Shown: positions 20,884-30,598, numbered from the stretch's first letter. The stretch: 64,000 nt of DNA from Nitrosopumilus sp. (GCA_016125975.1 JAEFCZ010000006.1:4628-68627), one strand, 5' to 3'. Notes: generated by a model not told the origin, from the letters alone. Numbers and translations: made by a program.

Positions 20884-21432
20884 TTTCTTCAATAGAACAA
20901 ATCGTTTTTTTCCAGGTTCAATGTCTTCATGCATATCTACATCACTTACTAATCGCACTTTGTAATCCATCCAACGTCTTGCCATATTGCGAGATTTCTG
21001 ATTTTCATCAATCTCTTTTTCTACATCATCAAATGTTTCACAATTCATAATATATTTTCCTGCAACTCTGTGCATTTCTGATATTCCTTTCTCTACTATA
21101 TCCTCATCAAGATAATTCAATAATCCATGAGTAAAAACAAAATCTATTGATGAATCTTCAAATGGCAAATCTGAAATATTTCCTTTTTTAAAATTGGCTA
21201 CTGATAATTTTTCTTTTGCAATATCTAATGCATATTCATTTAGATCAACTCCATAAATTTGAAAAGTATCTGGGAATAGTCTTAAATCAATACCAGTTCC
21301 GCAACCAATTTCTAAAACACTTGTACAACGTAATGATATTGCAAGATCTTTTGTAAATTTTGCAAATTCCTCATTATATCTTGCCTCATTCTCATTTGCA
21401 TATTTCTTCCAAAAATCTTCGTTGTAGTCCAT
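20878..21432 (-). CDS. class I SAM-dependent methyltransferase
   Basis: VLEIGCGTG, GVDLN and DFVFT motifs. Confidence 0.9.
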   Translation of the reverse strand: MDYNEDFWKKYANENEARYNEEFAKFTKDLAISLRCTSVLEIGCGTGIDLRLFPDTFQIYGVDLNEYALDIAKEKLSVANFKKGNISDLPFEDSSIDFVFTHGLLNYLDEDIVEKGISEMHRVAGKYIMNCETFDDVEKEIDENQKSRNMARRWMDYKVRLVSDVDMHEDIEPGKKRFVLLKKL

Positions 21433-21469
21433 AGATTTTTTGAGATGTAGCTGTATTTGATATTAATCA

Positions 21470-21631
21470 TTAATGATTACATTTGCATGGGATAAGCTTC
21501 GTATCAAATGTACAGTCATGAGGTCCATCTGATTTTCCTTGTGTTGGAATTTCTTTCATACAATCTTCATGGCGACCTTTTCTACAAAACCAACAAATTT
21601 CTTGCGTGTCTCCAGTAGCACATGAATCCAT
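21470..21631 (-). CDS. small Cys/His-rich protein
   Basis: CWFCRKGRHEDC...HDC...CKCNH; ATG at 21631 avoids overlap with ilvE. Confidence 0.6.
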   Translation of the reverse strand: MDSCATGDTQEICWFCRKGRHEDCMKEIPTQGKSDGPHDCTFDTKLIPCKCNH

Positions 21632-21672
21632 ATTCTCTATGTATTTTTGTGGGTAAAAAACTTCGTGGAAGT

Positions 21673-22587
21673 TTAGATATATGTTAACCAAGGCAAGAAT
21701 CTTTCATCTTTACCCATTACCACATCAGTAAATGATTTTTGTAGTGCTTTTGTAATGTGTCCCATTTTACCATTACCAATTTTTACTTTGTCAATTTGTG
21801 TTACAGATTTTACTTCAGCAGCAGTACCTGTCATAAATATCTCATCTGCTACATAAAGATCATCTCTTTCTAGATCTCGTTCGATTACAAATCCACCATT
21901 TTCTTCAATGATTTGTATTACACTATCTCTTGTTATCCCTTCTAATCCTCCTGCCGATAGTGGAGGAGTTTGAATAATGTCATCTTTTACAACAAAAATA
22001 TTCTCTGCACTACCTTCTGCAATTTTACCATGCCCATTTAACATGATTGCTTCATCGTATCCATTTTCTAATGCCTCCATTCTTGCTAATGCTGCATTTG
22101 TATAGTTAGATGCTGCCTTTGCTTGTGTTGGTTGAGATCTAGAATCAATTTTTATCCAACTTGACACTTTACATTTTGCTCCTGAGAATTTCCCTGCTTT
22201 TGATTCTCCCATTTTCCATTCCCAACATGCAATAGAAGCATCTACTTTATTTTGTGTTGGAGTCAAACCCATTGTTCCATACCCATAATATGCTAATGGT
22301 CTAATGTAGCATTCTTTTAATCCACTTGCTTTTACTGTTTTAATAATTCCATCAGAAATCTCTTTTTTTAAAAATTGCATTTTCATTGAATACAATTTTG
22401 CTGATTTGAAGAATCTATCTACGTGTTCAGGAAGTCTAAAAATGGCAGAACCATTTGGTGTGTTATAACATCTAATTCCTTCAAAAATTGATGTAGAATA
22501 ATGTAATGCATGAGTTAGAACATGAACTTTAGCGTCTTTGAATGGCACTAATTTTCCATTCATCCAGATTTTTCCAACTTCTTTCAT
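21673..22587 (-). CDS. ilvE: branched-chain amino acid aminotransferase
   Basis: HALHY...FEGIR, YIRP, AKAASNY, EGSAEN and GTAAEV motifs. Confidence 0.95.
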   Translation of the reverse strand: MKEVGKIWMNGKLVPFKDAKVHVLTHALHYSTSIFEGIRCYNTPNGSAIFRLPEHVDRFFKSAKLYSMKMQFLKKEISDGIIKTVKASGLKECYIRPLAYYGYGTMGLTPTQNKVDASIACWEWKMGESKAGKFSGAKCKVSSWIKIDSRSQPTQAKAASNYTNAALARMEALENGYDEAIMLNGHGKIAEGSAENIFVVKDDIIQTPPLSAGGLEGITRDSVIQIIEENGGFVIERDLERDDLYVADEIFMTGTAAEVKSVTQIDKVKIGNGKMGHITKALQKSFTDVVMGKDERFLPWLTYI

Positions 22588-22684
22588 AGGAGAGGAAAAA
22601 AACTATGCTAATTTAAAGAATTATCTTTTGACATTATTTTTTGAGCATTGGAAACTACATATCTGACTATATTGAAATTGTAGC

Positions 22685-22891
22685 GTGGAATGGACCTTAG
22701 GATACATTGCAATTGCTCTTCTTGTTATTGGACTAATTGGTCAGGCATTTGAAATGAGAAAAATTCGTCAAACAACTTACAGAGATGAACAAATAGGCTC
22801 GCCAACAATTTTTACAAATAAGAAAAATTTCAAATGGTATGGAATTCTTGGACTTGGAATAATTCTGTGGTATTTTGCTGAGCGTATGTAA
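22685..22891 (+). CDS. small hypothetical membrane protein
   Basis: Two TM helices. Confidence 0.7.
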   Translation: MEWTLGYIAIALLVIGLIGQAFEMRKIRQTTYRDEQIGSPTIFTNKKNFKWYGILGLGIILWYFAERM

Positions 22892-22892
22892 T

Positions 22893-22910
22893 CTGATCTA
22901 TATAGATCAG
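22893..22910. promoter_or_regulatory. perfect 18-bp palindrome CTGATCTATATAGATCAG
   Basis: Self-complementary; lies between a stop codon and a TAAATA box at 22914-22919. Confidence 0.5.
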
Positions 22911-22942
22911 CTCTAAATAGTAGAAACTGCAACATACATTAT

Positions 22943-23039
22943 CGCGTGTTTAGGGTAACGCCGGACTGAATCTAGATAATGGTCCAAGAACAAACCCTTG
23001 ATGGCGCTACTGGTGTAAAAACCCGTACGCCACACTTTT
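22943..23039 (+). ncRNA. candidate structured ncRNA (three-way junction)
   Basis: GC-rich intergenic stretch with stems GTG/CAC, AGGGT/ACCCT, GGAC/GTCC and TGGCG/CGCCA; upstream TATA-like box and downstream TTTT. Confidence 0.5.
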
Positions 23040-23040
23040 A

Positions 23041-24456
23041 CTAAATAAAATTAATTTCTGAAATCTCTTGATGTATTGCACTGATTGCTTTTCTAATGTT
23101 ATCTTTTGTATCTTCTACAACAATAATTATTCGTGAAGTTTCTTCCTGTGCATCCATGTTCAAAATATTTAATCCAGCTTCACCAATCTTTGCACTTGCT
23201 CTAGATGCTACTTGTTGAACTCTCCACATCTCATCTCCAATTAATGTGATAACTCCTCTGTTGTATGTTATTGTTGCAAGAGAATCAAATCCAAGTAAAT
23301 ATTTTTCATTCCTCTTTACATAATCTCCATCCAAGAACAATATTCTTGAAAACTCTATTCCATCTTTTGTAAACGGGGACAAAACAACAAATTCACTGTA
23401 ACGTTTGTCTTTGTCTAATGACGTTAATAATTTCTGTATGGATGCAGTTTCAATTCTAAAAATTGAACAATTTTCTTTTCCTGTAACAATTTTGATGGGG
23501 TGTCCTTTTTGTTCATCTAATGCTCTCTTTATTGTAGTAATTTCACTTGGATTCTTCATATTTGTAACTGTAATTGGCATATCTACTCCATTTTCAACAA
23601 TTTCTTTAATTGCTATTGGATCTAGTATTTTCATTCCAAACATACCTGCGAGCCTTGCTTCGTTGTATGATAATTGATGAACTTCTCTTAGTCCTGATTC
23701 TATGATTTTTGGATCAGCTGAAACTACTGCACTATCCTTTTCAAAGTCTATACTGGTTTCATATTTTTTATGAAATAAAATTCCTAGATCTGCAGCCGTA
23801 CGATCAGAGCCTCCGCGCTCATATGTGGTGGTAACATTATCTACTGTTTTTCCAATAAACCCCCCTATGGTAACCACTTCATTTTGTTCAACTAATTCTT
23901 CGGTTTTTTCCATTTTTGTACGAGATTCTGATGTCAAAAAATTTGTTGATTCTATGTTATTGTCTGTGATTATAGGCCAATCTTCAAAATCTACAGTTTC
24001 AGATTTGATTTCATTGCTTTTTAAGATGTAATTCATTACATGAGACATCAAAATTTCACCTGAGAATGCTAGTGCCCGTGAACGTATCTCATCAACAAAT
24101 TCTTTACTCTCAAGTGCCTCATCTAGTGCTTTTTGGGCTTTTTCAAGATTGACATCAATTACATTTTTACATTTTTCTTTATTTTCTGAATTTACTAATT
24201 CTAAAATTTTTTGATATGTCATTTTTATAATTTCTAATGATGGCAAAGTACCATTTGCAGCATTTCGTCCTTGTTCTAACATTACATCTGTAAGAGAACG
24301 TTTTTTTCCATTATCCATTGTTAGCGGTGCTGAGAAAACTGCAATTACTTTGGAATCATTTTTCAAATTAGTAATTCTTTGAATTATTTCTGGAATAGAT
24401 ACTCCATTAGGACCTATTGCACTACCTCCAAACTTGGCTACTACTAACTTTGTCAT
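23041..24456 (-). CDS. ask: aspartate kinase
   Basis: KFGGS, VFSA, ERGGSD and SADPK motifs; C-terminal ACT-like domains. Confidence 0.9.
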   Translation of the reverse strand: MTKLVVAKFGGSAIGPNGVSIPEIIQRITNLKNDSKVIAVFSAPLTMDNGKKRSLTDVMLEQGRNAANGTLPSLEIIKMTYQKILELVNSENKEKCKNVIDVNLEKAQKALDEALESKEFVDEIRSRALAFSGEILMSHVMNYILKSNEIKSETVDFEDWPIITDNNIESTNFLTSESRTKMEKTEELVEQNEVVTIGGFIGKTVDNVTTTYERGGSDRTAADLGILFHKKYETSIDFEKDSAVVSADPKIIESGLREVHQLSYNEARLAGMFGMKILDPIAIKEIVENGVDMPITVTNMKNPSEITTIKRALDEQKGHPIKIVTGKENCSIFRIETASIQKLLTSLDKDKRYSEFVVLSPFTKDGIEFSRILFLDGDYVKRNEKYLLGFDSLATITYNRGVITLIGDEMWRVQQVASRASAKIGEAGLNILNMDAQEETSRIIIVVEDTKDNIRKAISAIHQEISEINFI

Positions 24457-24472
24457 GGCACTTTATCAAAAA

Positions 24473-25495
24473 TCAATGGTTATCTATTAAGCTTTGAATA
24501 ATTTTAGCAGCTTTTCTTGCACCCTCAGTATTGATTTGGTTTCTTTTTTCCTCTAATTTCTCTAAAATCAGTTTGTCAAGTCTATTAATATCATCAAAAA
24601 CAAATCCTCGTTCTTTTGCATTATCTTCTTGTTCAAAATGACCTTTAATTGGAATGAATATTGCAGGTGTGCCGTAGGCAACGGCCTCATCAATTGTTGA
24701 TTTTCCTGCAAGTGAAATTAAAACATCAGCTGCATAAATTATCTCATGTAAATTATCCACAAATCCTAAGTCTCTTACATTATCAAAATTTTTGTTAATT
24801 GATGGACCAGAAACTAAAATAACTTCTATGTCTAGATTAATTTTTGAAATACTTTCCAACGCTTTTTCAATTAGAAACAATCCTGCATCAGTTCCTCCAA
24901 TAGAAATAACAATAGTTTTTTTATCAAAAGAAAACTTTTCTCGTAATTTTTCTCTTGAATGATTTGTTTGTCTTACTATTGGTCCTACTCTTTGGATGTT
25001 ATCTTTATTATCACCAATTTCTGGAAGTATAACAATTTCACATTTTTTAATAATTTCTTGCATAGATTTATTCATTTTTTTCTCAATAAATGAGGCCAAA
25101 CCTTTTGTGAAATGTGTCCCTAGAATATCCGTAATCAAAATCGTTGGAATTTTTATCTCTTGAGCTACTGATAATGATGCAAAATCTTCATCACTAATCA
25201 CTACATTTGGATTATCTTTTTGTAAAATCTTCTGTGAAATATTTTTACAATCTTTATAGTATTGATAATAATTCCAGAGCCATTTTGCAGGATTTTTTAA
25301 TGTTCCATTTTCAACAATAAATGAAGGTGGATTGTATACATCTTCTACTTGAATATCTAATTTTTTTAGAATTTTTGCAGCACCGCTACCTGTAACAAAA
25401 TTTGTTGTAATATTTTGAAAATTGTTTTCAATTGCAATATCTCTTGTTACATGGCCTAATCCTATTGGACTAGAAAAAAAATCTAAAAGAACCAT
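24473..25495 (-). CDS. GT-B glycosyltransferase (GT28-like)
   Basis: GLGHVTRD, GPIVR, SIGGT, AGKSTIDEA and HFEQEDNA motifs. Confidence 0.85.
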   Translation of the reverse strand: MVLLDFFSSPIGLGHVTRDIAIENNFQNITTNFVTGSGAAKILKKLDIQVEDVYNPPSFIVENGTLKNPAKWLWNYYQYYKDCKNISQKILQKDNPNVVISDEDFASLSVAQEIKIPTILITDILGTHFTKGLASFIEKKMNKSMQEIIKKCEIVILPEIGDNKDNIQRVGPIVRQTNHSREKLREKFSFDKKTIVISIGGTDAGLFLIEKALESISKINLDIEVILVSGPSINKNFDNVRDLGFVDNLHEIIYAADVLISLAGKSTIDEAVAYGTPAIFIPIKGHFEQEDNAKERGFVFDDINRLDKLILEKLEEKRNQINTEGARKAAKIIQSLIDNH

Positions 25496-25574
25496 GGAAT
25501 TACTATTTTTTTATCAAATTTCTAGATTCTGACATTTCTCAAAGTTTAAATGGTTTTTAACTACGTTGGTTTCT

Positions 25575-25649
25575 GGGCTCATAGTCCAGGTCGGTTATGA
25601 CGTCGCCCTTACACGGCGAAGATCCGGGGTTCAAATCCCCGTGGGCCCA
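25575..25649 (+). tRNA. tRNA-Val(TAC), integration target
   Basis: GGGCTCA/TGGGCCC acceptor stem; anticodon arm TCGCC-CTTACAC-GGCGA. Confidence 0.96.
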
Positions 25650-25652
25650 TAC
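25634..25652 (+). repeat. att core copy 1 (tRNA-Val 3' end) AATCCCCGTGGGCCCATAC
   Basis: Identical 19-mer at 40482; 17-mer at 26908. Confidence 0.95.
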
Positions 25653-25692
25653 CATTTTAGTGACTGAAATAGACCCAAGTACTAGGAAGTTC

Positions 25693-26214
25693 ATGAGAAT
25701 AGAGTTGGATGCAACAGAAAATGACGCCTATACGAATTTTACAGAATCCATCAGGGGTGCAGAGACCAGACGTGGTTACATCAGAAACCTGACTCGATTT
25801 CTGGATATGATTCCAGATGATGTCTTTGAGCAATATCTTGGAGAACAACCAAAGAAGAAGTCAAGGGATGTAAAAGAAATGTCCCAGTTATTCATTGACT
25901 TGGCAAGAAAAGACATTGCTGTCACAAAATCCATTCTAAAATCCTATGTCAAAGAGGTAAAACAAGAGGTGGATTCCAATAAAATCTCCCCCAACACAGT
26001 ATCAAACAGACTAAAGCCAATCAAGGCATTGCTTTCTGCAAACGAAGTTGACGTGTCATGGAAACTAATCAACAAGATGCTGCCACGTAGAACAAAAAGT
26101 GAAGACCGTGCATACACAAGAGAAGAAATACACAAGATGATAGAGTGCTGTACCGATGTCACAGACAATCTGAAACTGATTGTAGTACAAACCAAAATGT
26201 ATCAGGCTCTGTAG
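25693..26214 (+). pseudogene. N-terminal fragment of tyrosine integrase
   Basis: Aligns by eye with integrase 2 (DAY..F.ESIR, TVSNRLKPIKALL.AN, DRAYT.EEI.KM); similarity ends near 26166, before any catalytic motif. Confidence 0.85.
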
Positions 26215-26558
26215 TAACTAACTTCAAGTCTTGGACCAATGGTGCAGCAACAATAAGCTCCACATTTAGTTATCCAAGTACATTCTCAGAGAAAGCATTT
26301 CCTTGGTCTGACTGTGTAACATTCAATCACGATAGAACAACTGAGAAACACTATGTTCTTACTAGTTGGTTGCCTGGAATAGATCCTGGTTTAGGTCAAG
26401 CATGTCACACAGAGAAATTATCTCCAACTGGCACTGACAGCACATCATGTTCTAACTTCGGCCCTGGTTTGTGGACTATCATTATCCTAGATAATGAATA
26501 TGGTAACAACACTGGTGTTCAATTAGGTTGGATTAATGGAGGCTTATTAACCAGCTAA
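26166..26558 (+). pseudogene. C-terminal fragment of a probable secreted/surface protein
   Basis: S/T/N/C-rich open frame with no credible start, beginning at the integrase breakpoint. Confidence 0.55.
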
Positions 26559-26572
26559 TCTCTTTTTTTATT

Positions 26573-26815
26573 ATGAAACTAATTAAAAAAATCTTAATTA
26601 CTTTGGGGGTATTTTTCACAATTCCAATTATACTTATAATAAGGTCTGAATTTGGTGGAACATTTTGGACTGTTACTATTAATGATGGTCCACTGAATGC
26701 ATACATTGTATTTTTAAAAACATTTTATTCAATACCAATTATCGTAATTTGTATAATTCTTTCAGTTCATTATTTCAGAAAATTGGTAATTCCTAAATTG
26801 AAACATGATGAGTAA
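26573..26815 (+). CDS. small hypothetical membrane protein
   Basis: Two TM helices. Confidence 0.55.
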   Translation: MKLIKKILITLGVFFTIPIILIIRSEFGGTFWTVTINDGPLNAYIVFLKTFYSIPIIVICIILSVHYFRKLVIPKLKHDE

Positions 26816-26831
26816 ATCATTGTTCATACTA

Positions 26832-26853
26832 CGTAATCTTGTATAGGATTACG
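26832..26853. other. inverted repeat CGTAATC-N8-GATTACG near the right end of element 1
   Basis: 7 bp perfect arms; terminator, operator or arm site not resolved. Confidence 0.4.
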
Positions 26854-26907
26854 AAAAATTAAAATCTAGAAAAACTTTGGGTCTCAAACAGTCATTAAAA
26901 CCCTTAT

Positions 26908-26924
26908 AATCCCCGTGGGCCCAT
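26908..26924 (+). repeat. att core copy 2 AATCCCCGTGGGCCCAT
   Basis: 17 nt identical to the tRNA-Val 3' end, followed 44 nt later by an integrase ATG. Confidence 0.95.
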
Positions 26925-26968
26925 GCTCTATATTGGTACTCAAATAGGACGCACTATATATACAAAAT

Positions 26969-28162
26969 ATGGAACTCACTGTGGATAAAGTAAATTCAAG
27001 AAATGATCCATACCAATTATTCTTAGATTCAATTCGTAGCACTGCAACTCTTAGACGATACAAGAATCTACTTTACACATTTCTCAAACTTATTCCAAAT
27101 CAACTTTACATTGATACTCTTGGAAAGACTCCTAAGAACAGAGATGCAAAAACTCTAGCTAAATTCTTTGTTGAATTGGCAAAAAAAGACATGGATAAAG
27201 CCTCTGATATCATTGCTGCATTCATCAAAGAAGACAGAAAACGTGTAGATTCAGGGGAGATAAGTTCTCAAACTATTCCAAACCACATCAAACCAATCAA
27301 AGTACTTCTTGATGCTAATCGTGTTCCAATTCACTGGAAGTCATTACACAAATTATTGCCACGAAGAGAAGCAAAATCAAAAGATAGAGCATATACTAAA
27401 GAAGAAATTCAAAAAATGCTTCAAGTTACAAATGACATTACTGATAAAGTAATAATTTTGATGTTCTCATCTGGAGGTTTCCGATTAGAATCTTGGGATT
27501 ATTTTACATGGAAAGATGTTATATTTTTCAAAGATGGTGAAAATTACAAAGGTGCAGCATTACGAATCTACAGAGGAGATCCTGAAAGTTATTTTACATT
27601 TATCACTCCAGAAGCTTGCAAAGCTCTAGAGATTTATCGTGAAAACTGGAAAGCCGACATTGGAGATTATCGAAAACCAGATGATCCTCTAATCAAATCT
27701 ATTCGATATCCTGTAGTCCGAAGACTAAACCAAAAAGGAGTGAGAAAGAGAATTGATACAGTTGTTTCAGCCATTGGTCTTTGACCTCCATTACCTCCAA
27801 ATCAAAAAAGACATGAGGTACAGCTTGATCATGGATTTAGAAAGTACTTCAATACAATGCTGAGGCGTGCAAAAGTAGATTTTCTAGACAAAGAAGACAT
27901 GATGGGTCACAAGGTAGGCTTGGAAAAACACTATGAACGATATCAGGAAGATGATTTTGAGAGATTCCCTGAGTATCAAAAGGCAATTCCATTCTTGACT
28001 ATCTCTGATGAGGAAAGAATACGTCTAGAAAATGAGAGGTTGAGAGAGGAAAAATCTGAATTAGAGAAACTAAATGAGACCAATAAGAAATTGATACAAG
28101 ACATGGATGATATGAAGTCCTTTAAGGAAAGAATTGAGGAACGATTGTCCAAGATTAATTAA
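26969..28162 (+). pseudogene. tyrosine recombinase/integrase with in-frame TGA at 27782-27784
   Basis: SSGGFRLE catalytic Arg upstream of the stop; the same frame resumes PPLPPNQKRHEVQLDHGFRKYF...MMGHKVGLEKHY. Confidence 0.9.
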
Positions 28163-28806
28163 ATTTTGAAATATTTTGTAAATGAATACACTGCCTCTCT
28201 ATCAAATTCTAACTCATATTCATACTCAGTTCTACCTAACAACATCTGATTCCCTATGTAATTTTCAAGTTCTATAGGAATGCCATGAGATGATTTAATT
28301 TTATTTCTTTTATTGTGTTCTTTCCAATGATTTTCTTCATCTGTTTTCATTACAATCTCTCCACAAAATTGGCAATACATATTGTTTTTTCCTATTAATA
28401 ATTCTAAATCATTTTTAATTCCTTCATCTGTTTTCTTTGAAGCAATTTTCATATTATCAAAACCAATCTGAATTTGTTGATATAGTTTTTCATCTGATTT
28501 TATAATTTTTAACCAATCTTTTACATTTGGTTTTGTTTTAAATCCTGTTTCACTATAAAAGTCATAAAAACTTGGTTGATATAACTTGAATACTTCTAAA
28601 AAGAATGCAAAGTTAATCATTGCATGAAATCCCTTAAGAAATTCTTCTGATTCAAATATTCCTAAAATTGTATTATTCTTTGAATGTTCTTGACTATTCT
28701 TGATTTCAATAGTGACTACTCTGTAGAATGTTTTGTATTTTAGAACAATGATATCTTTAGCTAGAATCTCCATATTGCTAAATACTTTGGCAAGAAATTC
28801 TATCAA
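28159..28806 (-). CDS. hypothetical protein with C2H2-like zinc finger
   Basis: CQFC-x11-HWKEH. Confidence 0.65.
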   Translation of the reverse strand: MIEFLAKVFSNMEILAKDIIVLKYKTFYRVVTIEIKNSQEHSKNNTILGIFESEEFLKGFHAMINFAFFLEVFKLYQPSFYDFYSETGFKTKPNVKDWLKIIKSDEKLYQQIQIGFDNMKIASKKTDEGIKNDLELLIGKNNMYCQFCGEIVMKTDEENHWKEHNKRNKIKSSHGIPIELENYIGNQMLLGRTEYEYELEFDREAVYSFTKYFKI

Positions 28807-28826
28807 TAATATTTCATCATAGTATT

Positions 28827-29820
28827 TTGTTAATGTATTCCATTTTTTTGAAATTATTGGTAGTACAATACGCCTTTGAGCAAAGTAATTCTACGTTAAG
28901 AAATACACAAGATTTTGTTTCAGAATCTAAATTTCTTACAAATTGGTTAGATGTTGAACATCAAGGATGGAAACTACCTGCAATATCAAAACCACATGAT
29001 TGGTGTGGGTTGTGGAAGACTATTGGATGTAATAGAGTAGATGTTCATGAAAAATTAGGTAAAGGAAGATTAACGTATGTAAAACAGTTTAGGCGATCTT
29101 GTTATCGTGCAAAATGCAAGTCCTGTTTTACTAATTGGATTGCAAGACAAGCTAATGTATCTACAAGAAGGATTGAAGCTTTTGAAAAAAAGTCAAAACA
29201 ACAACCAATTCATCTCATACTTGCAGTTCCTGCATCTCAAAGAAACCTACCAGTGAAACTATTACGTCAAAGAATGAGTCATATTCTAAAGCTTGGAAAC
29301 ATTCATGGAGCCTCTGTAATCTTTCATCCTTTCAAATTCAACAAGACTGAACGTAGATGGTATTCATCTCCACACTTTCATTTGGTGGGTTTTGGAAAAT
29401 CATCAGATATCAAAAATGCATTTGGACGATATAGTTGGTATGTCAAAGAGACAGAAGATCGAAAATCGGTATTTCAAACATTTTGCTATTTATTATCTCA
29501 TTGTGGGATTCAAAAAGGATATCAGACAGTAACTTGGTTTGGAAATCTCTCTTATAGCAAATTGAAGGTTGAAAAAGAGCCTAGAATTACCAAATGTCCT
29601 CTGTAATGGAGAATTTGAGGAAATTTACTATGAAGAGCCAATTCATCCCATAATTCCTCCTGATAAGCACTTTGAAGGAGCGGTAGAAGGAGAGGGATGG
29701 TACACTGTATTCACTGTAGAGTATGAAGAACCAAAGTATGAATATGCTCCAACTAGAGATTTAGATGAATTATTGAAAGGATTGACATTATCTAGGAAAT
29801 CTAATACATCTATTGTATAA
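28827..29820 (+). pseudogene. HUH-superfamily rolling-circle replication initiator (SNJ1/IS91-like), frameshifted near 29600
   Basis: N-terminal SCYRAKCKSC Zn motif; IHLIL, FHPF, PHFHLVG (HUH) and YLLSH motifs; KCPL|CNG split across frames. Confidence 0.75.
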
Positions 29821-29886
29821 CATAAAATATTGTTCTGGTATGATTACACATAACGCTTAAGTTCATACAAATGAACAAGTTATCTA

Positions 29887-30597
29887 ATGCCTATAATGTA
29901 CGTTGATGAATCTGGTTCTTTTCATCATAATGATAAAACAAAATATTTTGTTTTATCTGGTGTAGTTGTTTCAGATGATAAAATTAAACATCTGCAAACT
30001 GCTTCATATCAATACAAACTAAAACATTTCAATAATGAATACATAGATTCAGAAATACATACACATGATATTTACAAAGCAAAAGGTGATTTTACCAGTT
30101 TAACATTATCTCAAAAACAAGAACTATTACATGAATTGTATACTACAATTAATGAATTAGATATTTCTACTGTTTCAGTAATTATTGATAAAGACTCACT
30201 GAAAACTACTTACCCTACATGGAAAGTTTTCAACACTGCGTGGATATTTTTAATTGAAAGATTTGATAAAATTTTAGAAGAAAAATTTGATGATGCAAAA
30301 GGATCTATAAAAATAGATAAGAGCTCAAGTAGATTCCATAAAGATATTTTAGATATATTGAATGATTTACGAAAAAATGGAACTAGTTTTCAAAGAAAAG
30401 CATGCATTGATCATCGTGTATTTGTAGAATCTTCTGCCGTTGAGGGAATTCAAATTGCAGATGCTGTAGCCTATTGTTCATTTATGTATAAACAAAACCA
30501 TACTCCTTTTGCTAATTATTGGAATATGATTTATCCAAAATTCAGAAAAAGTGATTTTGGTACAGTATCGGGTTATGGTTTGAAAGAATTTCCATAA
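29887..30597 (+). CDS. DUF3800 family RNase H-fold protein
   Basis: MYVDESG, EIH, IKID and GIQIADAVA motifs, all intact. Confidence 0.88.
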   Translation: MPIMYVDESGSFHHNDKTKYFVLSGVVVSDDKIKHLQTASYQYKLKHFNNEYIDSEIHTHDIYKAKGDFTSLTLSQKQELLHELYTTINELDISTVSVIIDKDSLKTTYPTWKVFNTAWIFLIERFDKILEEKFDDAKGSIKIDKSSSRFHKDILDILNDLRKNGTSFQRKACIDHRVFVESSAVEGIQIADAVAYCSFMYKQNHTPFANYWNMIYPKFRKSDFGTVSGYGLKEFP

Positions 30598-30598
30598 T

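Larger units (their letters stand above)
25651..26924. mobile_element. collapsed integrated element 1 (~1.27 kb)
   Basis: Bounded by att copies 1 and 2; carries a truncated integrase, a gene fragment and a small membrane ORF. Confidence 0.8.

Noticed and set aside
25597-25692. Integrase ORF appearing to start inside tRNA-Val (SSV-type split integrase)
   Set aside because: The extension is just tRNA sequence read in frame. ATG 25693 matches the att-to-ATG spacing and N-terminus of integrase 2, and no integrase fragment lies at the other att sites.
26820-26830. 11-nt match (TTGTTCATACT) between the DUF3800-associated RNA and the right end of element 1, a possible guide-target pair
   Set aside because: An AT-rich 11-mer match is expected by chance in 64 kb on two strands given the many 11-mers in the RNA, and the matched part lies within a stem.
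26896-26924. TTATAAT overlapping att copy 2 as a junction promoter for the integrase after circularisation
   Set aside because: TATA-like strings are ubiquitous at this AT content, and integrase 2 has another candidate box at ~26929; cannot be supported without TSS data.
27782-27784. Selenocysteine or pyrrolysine recoding of the in-frame TGA (integrase) and TAG (lysyl oxidase, 50087)
   Set aside because: Single transitions from Arg and Trp codons explain both; no SECIS-like element or recoding genes are seen, and these systems are not established in this lineage.
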